From a virus: a DNA stretch of 64,000 nucleotides. The DNA lies in IMG/VR virus record IMGVR_UViG_3300042502_001732, positions 1 to 64,000 of that record; one strand, 5' to 3'. This document shows, piece by piece, positions 39,856 to 46,914 of the stretch (positions within the stretch are counted from its first letter, which is position 1; every line of letters starts with the position of its first letter). Under the pieces are notes generated by a model. That model was not told the DNA's origin and did no database searches. It was given only the letters and a program-made list of their open reading frames with translations. Both the position numbers and the translations under genes were made by a program.

Positions 39856-41145
39856 ATGATTTTAAAAGAAGATATTAAAACATTGGTAGGTAATCACGTT
39901 TCACCTTATATCTACAATGCAAAGGAATTTAAAGCTGGTAAAACACCGATATATTATTCTGGTCCATATTGGGACAATCAAGAGACAGAAGCTGCTCTAG
40001 ATTCATTTTTAAATGGTAAATGGATCACTGCTGGTGAAAAAGTTCATAAATTTGAAAGTCAGTTTTCCAAGAGGTTCAATACCAAATATGGTCATATGGT
40101 AAATTCTGGAAGTTCGGCCAATTTAATTTTAATTTCTGGTTTAAAGAGAAGATTTAATTGGCAAGATGGTGATGAAATCATTGTATCACCTGTTGGATTT
40201 GCAACTACAATTTCTGTAATTTATCAAACCAGACTAACCCCAGTTTTTGTAGATATCGAATGGGACACTTTGAACTTTGATATTGACCAAATTGAATCTA
40301 AAATAACAAACAAGACGAAGGCTATTTTTATATCTCCAGTTTTAGGAAATCCTCCAGATATGGATAGATTGATTGAAATTAGCGAAAAGCATGGAATTCA
40401 ACTTGTAGGGGATAACTGCGATAGTCTTGGAAGCAAGTGGGATGGAAAATATCTAAATGAATATTATGTAGCTTATTCAAATTCTTTTTATCCAGCCCAT
40501 CATATTTCAACAGGTGAAGGCGGTATGGTATGCACTGATGATGTCGATCTTAAAAAGCTTTTCGTTAGTTTAAGCTGGTGGGGTCGTGATTGTTATTGTG
40601 TAGGATCTGCCAATCTTCTACCATGCGGTACTTGTGGAAATAGATTCGATAACTGGCTTGAGAATTTTGATGGTGTGATTGATCATAAATACGTATTTTC
40701 TGAAATGGGATACAATTTAAAACCATTGGATATGCAAGGTGCTATCGGGTTGGTTCAGCTTGAAAAATTAGATGAAATTGAAAATAATAGAAGAATTTCT
40801 AGAGATACAATTTCTAAAATTTTCTGTAACAATATTCCGAATGTTAAAATTCCTAAAACCTTAGATAAGGCAGATCCTTGCTGGTTTGGAACTCCGTTCA
40901 TTTGTGAAGAAAGTGGATTAAAACCCGAATTAGTCAAATACTTAGAGGATAATAAAATACAGACTAGAAACTATTTTGCTGGTAATATTTTGTTACATCC
41001 AGGATACAAACACTTGGATGATTATAAAAAATATCCAGAAGCGAATAAAGTTTTAGATAAAGTATTTTTCATTGGTGCTGCTCCTCATTATACAACTCCA
41101 GTGTTTGAATATATTGAAGATGTAATTTCAAAATTTAGAAAATAA
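39856..41145 (+). CDS. rfbH: NDP-4-keto-6-deoxyglucose 3-dehydrase (RfbH/DdhC-type, DegT family)
   Basis: NSGSSANL, DNCDSLG, SFYPAHHI (His in place of Lys), GRDCYC...CG Fe-S motif, GYNLKP. Confidence 0.88.
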   Translation: MILKEDIKTLVGNHVSPYIYNAKEFKAGKTPIYYSGPYWDNQETEAALDSFLNGKWITAGEKVHKFESQFSKRFNTKYGHMVNSGSSANLILISGLKRRFNWQDGDEIIVSPVGFATTISVIYQTRLTPVFVDIEWDTLNFDIDQIESKITNKTKAIFISPVLGNPPDMDRLIEISEKHGIQLVGDNCDSLGSKWDGKYLNEYYVAYSNSFYPAHHISTGEGGMVCTDDVDLKKLFVSLSWWGRDCYCVGSANLLPCGTCGNRFDNWLENFDGVIDHKYVFSEMGYNLKPLDMQGAIGLVQLEKLDEIENNRRISRDTISKIFCNNIPNVKIPKTLDKADPCWFGTPFICEESGLKPELVKYLEDNKIQTRNYFAGNILLHPGYKHLDDYKKYPEANKVLDKVFFIGAAPHYTTPVFEYIEDVISKFRK

Positions 41146-41148
41146 TTT

Positions 41149-41964
41149 ATGATATCGGTTTTTGGAGGTACTGGATTTGTTGGTAGTGAATTTTGCCAGC
41201 AATTTAAAGATGAAGTTGCAATTATAGATAGAAATTCTTTTATCCCTATCAGTGATAAAGTTTTATATTTTATAAGTACGGTAGATAATTACAATGTATT
41301 GACAGATTCTAAAAAAGACATCAACACTAATTTAATTCATCTTATGAATGTATTGGATGAATGTAAAAATAAAAATATAGAATTTACATTTATAAGTTCA
41401 TGGTTCGTTTATGGAGAGACTGATTTACCAGCAACTGAAAGTTCTATATGTAAACCTAAAGGATTTTATTCAATAACCAAATACGCTGCAGAATTATTAT
41501 TAGAATCTTATTGTAAAACATTTAATATAAAATATAAAATCATAAGGCTTGGAAATGTTTTGGGAAATTCTGATGGTAAAATTTCTAAAAAGAAAAACGC
41601 TCTTCAATTTTTAATAAGTGAGATTAAAGAAAATAAAGATATAAATCTTTATAATAATGGCAATTTTTATAGAGATTTTATACACGTTAGTGATGTTGCC
41701 AAAGGTATCAAATATGTAATGGAGCGTGGCAACTTCAATGAAATATATAATTTAGGGTGCGGAATTCCTATAGTTTTTAAATCTATAATTGATTACGCTG
41801 TTGAAAAAACAAATTCAACTAGTAAAATTGGAATTATGGATGCTACTGATTTTCATAAAATAGTTCAAGTCGAATCTATGTACTTAGATACTAATAAGTT
41901 GAATAGTTTGGGATTTAAACCAGAAAAAAACATCTATCAAATTGTAGATGAATTATTGGAATAA
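41149..41964 (+). CDS. NAD-dependent sugar epimerase/reductase
   Basis: GGTGFVG, SSWFVYG, YSITK, RDFIHV.D. Confidence 0.9.
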   Translation: MISVFGGTGFVGSEFCQQFKDEVAIIDRNSFIPISDKVLYFISTVDNYNVLTDSKKDINTNLIHLMNVLDECKNKNIEFTFISSWFVYGETDLPATESSICKPKGFYSITKYAAELLLESYCKTFNIKYKIIRLGNVLGNSDGKISKKKNALQFLISEIKENKDINLYNNGNFYRDFIHVSDVAKGIKYVMERGNFNEIYNLGCGIPIVFKSIIDYAVEKTNSTSKIGIMDATDFHKIVQVESMYLDTNKLNSLGFKPEKNIYQIVDELLE

Positions 41965-42311
41965 TGTTTAAAGCAATAAATCATATATTATTTGAAAATC
42001 CTTCTAAGGAAATAGATTCGGAAACTTTAGAAGAGTTTGTTCCTTATATGGTAACAAGATATTTTTCATTTTATGAAAATGGAAAATATATAGATTATAT
42101 TAATTCTACAATTAATAAATATCAAAATATTTTTTACACTAAAGAAGATGAATATAAATTTTATGAAAATGTAATTCCTAAATTAAAAAATAAAAAGATT
42201 AATTACATTAAAAAAAATAAAAAGGAAAAGACAAAAAAAGATATTGTCGAAGCAGTTCCTGATTTTTATTCAAGAAAAGAATGGGAAAACTTGACATCTA
42301 ATGATATATAA
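41964..42311 (+). CDS. 62: Clamp loader small subunit (gp62-like)
   Basis: F.PYMVTRYFS...Y.FY..VIPK...YIKK pattern. Confidence 0.7.
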   Translation: MFKAINHILFENPSKEIDSETLEEFVPYMVTRYFSFYENGKYIDYINSTINKYQNIFYTKEDEYKFYENVIPKLKNKKINYIKKNKKEKTKKDIVEAVPDFYSRKEWENLTSNDI

Positions 42312-42318
42312 TTAAATT
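42291..42318 (+). promoter_or_regulatory. Sigma70-type promoter for the GroES-like gene
   Basis: TTGACA-N16-TAAATT, 5 nt before ATG 42324. Confidence 0.6.
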
Positions 42319-42323
42319 TATAT

Positions 42324-42746
42324 ATGTCAGTTTCAATAGATGTTTTAGCTCCTCAAAAATCACACATAGATCTTTCAGATAAAATGCTACCCAGTGATTT
42401 TGGGTTAGATGATTATCAATTATCAAATTTATTTGATGATGTTATATTAATCGAATATTGTGATTTACATGGTGGTGAAGACGGTTCGGAGTATATTTTA
42501 AGAGGAGGAATTGCAGTTCCTATAAATCAAGTTCACAATGCTTGGAGAAAAGGAAAGGTTATCCTGAATGGACCCAGAGTTCAATATGCTAAAGTTGGAG
42601 ATGTTGTAGTGTTCCCTAATAATATGGGAATTCCAATTACCAATTTAGAAGTTGAAGGTTATGGTAAAATTAAAAATGGACTGTTCATAAATGAACAGAG
42701 GATGTTTGGAATTTGTAAAGTTAACGATAAAGCTAACAATAAATAA
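42324..42746 (+). CDS. GroES-like co-chaperonin (possible gp31 analogue)
   Basis: DVILIE...GGIAVP...GKV...GP....KVGDVVVF...E..MFG. Confidence 0.75.
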   Translation: MSVSIDVLAPQKSHIDLSDKMLPSDFGLDDYQLSNLFDDVILIEYCDLHGGEDGSEYILRGGIAVPINQVHNAWRKGKVILNGPRVQYAKVGDVVVFPNNMGIPITNLEVEGYGKIKNGLFINEQRMFGICKVNDKANNK

Positions 42747-42751
42747 TTTAG

Positions 42752-43240
42752 ATGGATCTTCCTAAATTATCTGATATTGTAAAAACAGCATTTGAATTTT
42801 TTAAAAATACAAAAAATTCAATTTTAACAAATATCAATAATAGAAGTAGAAGAAAAATAAGCAGATCTGAATTAAAAAATCTAGTAAGTTCTAACGTTTG
42901 TGAAATTATCTTTTTAAGAAGAACTCCAGAGAGAGCCCCAGTTCCACCTAGAGCGCAATGGAGAAGAATGTTATGTACAAACAGTATTGAAATTTTAAAC
43001 AGTACAAATGGAAAGATATCTTTAAACTTTCGTTTTCCTAAAACTCCTAGAAGGATAGATGAAGTAAAACATAATATAGTTGTAGCTTGGGACATTATAA
43101 TGCAAGATTATAGAAATATAAGTATGGAAAATTGTTATTTGATTCAAACTATTCCAGGAGATGAAACCTTTTGGAAGTATTATAATGAAGTTCTTTATAC
43201 TATGACACCTGCTCAAAAAATGAATTTCATGGATACTTAA
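42752..43240 (+). CDS. Hypothetical protein (WYL_2/SH3-like barrel)
   Basis: CEIIF.RR...RRM.CT...WD....YR. Confidence 0.5.
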   Translation: MDLPKLSDIVKTAFEFFKNTKNSILTNINNRSRRKISRSELKNLVSSNVCEIIFLRRTPERAPVPPRAQWRRMLCTNSIEILNSTNGKISLNFRFPKTPRRIDEVKHNIVVAWDIIMQDYRNISMENCYLIQTIPGDETFWKYYNEVLYTMTPAQKMNFMDT

Positions 43241-43241
43241 A

Positions 43242-43568
43242 ATGAACAATATCGATCAACAATTAAAAAAATGTATTTTAAAAAATGTCAATTTTACTAT
43301 TGATAATAAATGTGTACGTTCTGGAAAAGTTAAAGTTTTTAATATAAAGCAATTTTTTATAAAATTTAAAATTTTATCCGACAATATAGAAAAAGAATAT
43401 GAACTTCCATACCCATTTAAATTGGTTGAACTTGAAGATGGCTTTTTGTTTGATTACAGCTTGAGTGCATTTTGCCCACCATCAAATGAAAATTATTATA
43501 AAATGTTAGTTTACGATAAAGGCAATGCATCTAAATTATACAATAATTATCTGTTTATGAAGTTTTAA
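43242..43568 (+). CDS. Hypothetical protein
   Basis: 108-aa ORF. Confidence 0.55.
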   Translation: MNNIDQQLKKCILKNVNFTIDNKCVRSGKVKVFNIKQFFIKFKILSDNIEKEYELPYPFKLVELEDGFLFDYSLSAFCPPSNENYYKMLVYDKGNASKLYNNYLFMKF

Positions 43569-43572
43569 CAGT

Positions 43573-43600
43573 TTGACATTTTTCCATTTCAGGTTAAGCT
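43573..43600 (+). promoter_or_regulatory. Sigma70-type promoter for the DinG-like helicase
   Basis: TTGACA-N16-TAAGCT, 7 nt before ATG 43608. Confidence 0.65.
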
Positions 43601-43607
43601 ATTTGAA

Positions 43608-45224
43608 ATGTCTAACTTAATACTTAATTTTCCAGAATCATATACTCCATCATCGTCACAGGTTAAGATTCTAAAAAAAATAGAACAGTCTATTTCAAAC
43701 GGTGAGAAATTCATAGTCTGCAACGCTCCAACAGGATCTGGTAAATCTTTTTTCGCACCAACACTAGCAAAATACATAGGAGGACCAAGCGATACTTGGA
43801 AATCAAGGGTTGATGATTATAGTATTTTTGGAGATAAGGGATCTGAATATGTAAATGAAGAGGATTTGTTCGGAGTTTATGCTTTGACTATTACGAAATC
43901 GTTACAAGATCAATATAAAAGCTCGTTCGATTTTGCATCTGTGTTGAAAGGTCAATCAAACTATCAATGTAATTATGATGATATGTTGACTGTTGATGTG
44001 GCTCCTTGTATATATATACCAACATTAAAAAAAGAATGCTGGAGTTGTAATAGATGTAGTTATTACAACGATAGAAATAAAATGCTCAAAAGTGAATTTG
44101 CAACTTTGAATTATAGTATGTATTTTTCATTACCTGATCATTTAAAGAAAAGAAAAATATTAGTATTAGATGAGGCATCAGAGCTAGAAGAACAATTGGT
44201 AAATCAATTTACATGCGAAATTGATTTAATCTTTTTAAAGAAAACATCAATTAAAATATCAGCTTTTCCATCTGAAGAAAAAGCCATCAATGTGTTGTCT
44301 TGGCTTGGTAATTTATTATCCGAAATAAAAATAAACATTGATTTATATTTGGATTATTTTAAAAACAAAAAAACTAAAAATTCAGAATTTCATAAAAAGA
44401 AATCCGAATATTCTAAACTTTTAAATATTTCTAAAAGTATAGAATTATTAATTGAAACTTATTATGATAGTCAATATATAATCGAACACGGCGATTCTAT
44501 TTTAAAATTCATACCTCTTAAAATTGATAAATTGAGTAAATATTTGTTTGATAATGCGGATCATGTGATACTTTTAAGTGCTACTATAATCGACCCTGTT
44601 AATTTTTGTAATACGTTGGGAATTGCAAAACATTCATATATTGAAGTAGATTCTATTTTTGATTCTGAAAAATCACCTATTTATATTTTAGCGACACAAA
44701 AAATAAATTATAGTAATCTTAAATCATTATTGCCAAAAATTTGTAAACAAATTGAAGGCATTTTAGAAGAACATAAAGAAGAAAAAGGAATTATTCACAC
44801 CCATACTCAATTTATATCTGATTATATTAGAGATAATGTAAATACCGATAGATTTTTATGTAGAGAACTTGGGATATCTAATGATATTATTTTAGAAAAA
44901 CATGTTAAAACTTCAAAACCTACAGTGTTGGTATCACCATCCATGACATATGGTGTAGATTTGAAAGGAGATTTAGCCAAATTTCAAATTGTATTAAAGG
45001 CTCCTTGGTTGCCTACAAAAGATCCAAGAGTTGAAAGAATGATGAAAATTGATAAAAATTGGTATTCTAATAAAATGTTGTGTAATTTAGTTCAAGCCTG
45101 TGGAAGAGGAGTAAGATCTACAGCGGATGAATGCATTACTTATATTTTAGATGGTAGTATATTTGATACTATTGCTAAAAATAAGAAAAAATTACCCAAA
45201 TACTTTTTAGACAGGCTTCAATAA
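43608..45224 (+). CDS. DinG/XPD-like SF2 helicase
   Basis: APTGSGKS, Cys cluster, DEA, LSAT, GVDL, QACGRGVR. Confidence 0.9.
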   Translation: MSNLILNFPESYTPSSSQVKILKKIEQSISNGEKFIVCNAPTGSGKSFFAPTLAKYIGGPSDTWKSRVDDYSIFGDKGSEYVNEEDLFGVYALTITKSLQDQYKSSFDFASVLKGQSNYQCNYDDMLTVDVAPCIYIPTLKKECWSCNRCSYYNDRNKMLKSEFATLNYSMYFSLPDHLKKRKILVLDEASELEEQLVNQFTCEIDLIFLKKTSIKISAFPSEEKAINVLSWLGNLLSEIKINIDLYLDYFKNKKTKNSEFHKKKSEYSKLLNISKSIELLIETYYDSQYIIEHGDSILKFIPLKIDKLSKYLFDNADHVILLSATIIDPVNFCNTLGIAKHSYIEVDSIFDSEKSPIYILATQKINYSNLKSLLPKICKQIEGILEEHKEEKGIIHTHTQFISDYIRDNVNTDRFLCRELGISNDIILEKHVKTSKPTVLVSPSMTYGVDLKGDLAKFQIVLKAPWLPTKDPRVERMMKIDKNWYSNKMLCNLVQACGRGVRSTADECITYILDGSIFDTIAKNKKKLPKYFLDRLQ

Positions 45225-45249
45225 TGGATGAAAATCTTAAATAATTTTA

Positions 45250-46446
45250 GTGATTAAATATTCTTATCATCGTGAGCAGTTAGATTTATTGATGCTTTTT
45301 ACATCAGCATTCGATGATACGTTTGTATATAGATATGATTTCAATACCAAAACGCCAGAATCTAAAATTCAAGTTAGATATATTCATGGTCCAAAACAAC
45401 GAGTAATCCATGACATAGTAACAAAAGAGAAAAATCTCACATTACCAGTGGTTTCAATAGAACAAACTGGATTATCGAGAGATCCAGATAGAGTAGTTCA
45501 CAAACATCAAAATATCTATAGACCATTATTAGGAAATGTTTCAAAAGTTGGTAAAATTCCAATGCCTATACCTGTAACTATGGATGTCAAAGTATCTATA
45601 ATTGCAAAATATAAAGAAGATATTGATCAAATTATTCAAAATTTTGCAACCGTTTGCAATCCCTATTTTGTTGTTTCTTGGAAAATTCCAGAAGAATTTG
45701 GATTAGATTTTACTGATGAATTGAGAGTTCAAATCGAATGGGCTGGAAATATTTCATATACAACTCCAACAACATTAGGAATAGATGACAAATATAGAAT
45801 AAGTGCTGATACAACTTTCACTATCAAAGGTTGGCTTTTTCCATCTTTACAAAATCCAGAAGCTCCCATTTATGTTGTCAATACTAAATTTATAAATCAA
45901 AATTTAGCATCAAGAGTAACAGGATACGACGATTATCCATCGTTATCTGCGTCATATGTTGAATCGGATACTGTTATGGTATCGGCATATCCAGAATTTA
46001 CTAATTTTTATTATTCTGTATCTGGTGATATAATACCCTTATTAGCACCTGCAAGATTTAATTATACAGTAAGAAATAATTTCTTGATATTAGGAAAGAG
46101 ATTTGGGTATAATAATACTTGGTATTTGAGTTCTTCAAAACAGGAGTTTTTATTAGACTTTGTAGAAATTAAAACTGCCAAGTTCCCAATCATATCAGCT
46201 TATAAAATTCCTGAGAATTTAATAACTACTTATACAGATAATAATGTAACTATTTCAATTCCAGAAAACTTTTTATCAGGATCATCTGGAGATTTTACTA
46301 TAGTAACTGCCAACAGTGCTGGATGGACATCTTCCAAATATAAATTTTCTATAGATGACATTAATAATAAAAATATGTATATTCAACCAGATTTGATTAG
46401 TACATATTATCAACCAAACAGTGCAAATACATATATTAGACCTTAA
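45250..46446 (+). CDS. 15: Tail terminator/sheath stabiliser (gp15-like) with C-terminal extension
   Basis: F...FDD, GPKQ, LTLP..S, RDPDR, PVT, QIIQ...PYF, FTIKGWLF; extra ~150-aa beta-rich domain. Confidence 0.8.
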   Translation: MIKYSYHREQLDLLMLFTSAFDDTFVYRYDFNTKTPESKIQVRYIHGPKQRVIHDIVTKEKNLTLPVVSIEQTGLSRDPDRVVHKHQNIYRPLLGNVSKVGKIPMPIPVTMDVKVSIIAKYKEDIDQIIQNFATVCNPYFVVSWKIPEEFGLDFTDELRVQIEWAGNISYTTPTTLGIDDKYRISADTTFTIKGWLFPSLQNPEAPIYVVNTKFINQNLASRVTGYDDYPSLSASYVESDTVMVSAYPEFTNFYYSVSGDIIPLLAPARFNYTVRNNFLILGKRFGYNNTWYLSSSKQEFLLDFVEIKTAKFPIISAYKIPENLITTYTDNNVTISIPENFLSGSSGDFTIVTANSAGWTSSKYKFSIDDINNKNMYIQPDLISTYYQPNSANTYIRP

Positions 46447-46454
46447 ATATAATT

Positions 46455-46913
46455 ATGTCAGATATTGTAGTAAGCCAACATATTGATGATCTTTTAAGAA
46501 GTTCAAGCGCTTCTGGATCTAGAAATGTATTAAATGTTCCTAGTGTATCGGAAGTTCCAACTATTCAAAGTTTCAACGCACTTTCTGAATCTGTAGCTAG
46601 AATAGATGGATCTCTTATAAACGTTCTTAGTCTCAGTGGAGATACTTATACATTACAATTATCTAATTTAGGAGCTTACATAAGAAAATTTCATAGTTCT
46701 CCTCATACTATTATCATACCTAATTCATCTGATGTTTCGTTTCAGGTTGGTAGTACGTTTGTAATTAGAAACACAAGTTCAAGCAGCTTAACCATATCAA
46801 GCGGACCTACAGTATCATTAAGTTATTTTGCAGACTTGAGTGCTAATATATTAGATCAATATGCTTCTGCTCAAATAGTTTGTGTTGGAACAGATAACTG
46901 GGATATAATTTAA
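46455..46913 (+). CDS. Putative virion structural protein (fibre-associated domain)
   Basis: TYTL...G, TIIIP...F.VGS, QYASA....GTDNW; late promoter. Confidence 0.55.
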   Translation: MSDIVVSQHIDDLLRSSSASGSRNVLNVPSVSEVPTIQSFNALSESVARIDGSLINVLSLSGDTYTLQLSNLGAYIRKFHSSPHTIIIPNSSDVSFQVGSTFVIRNTSSSSLTISSGPTVSLSYFADLSANILDQYASAQIVCVGTDNWDII

Positions 46914-46914
46914 T

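Noticed and set aside
30893-41964. Host LPS/capsule locus (prophage boundary or chimera)
   Set aside because: Same AT-rich composition and promoter style as the flanks, contains a phage homing endonuclease, runs straight into gp62, and lacks wzx/wzy/ABC export genes.
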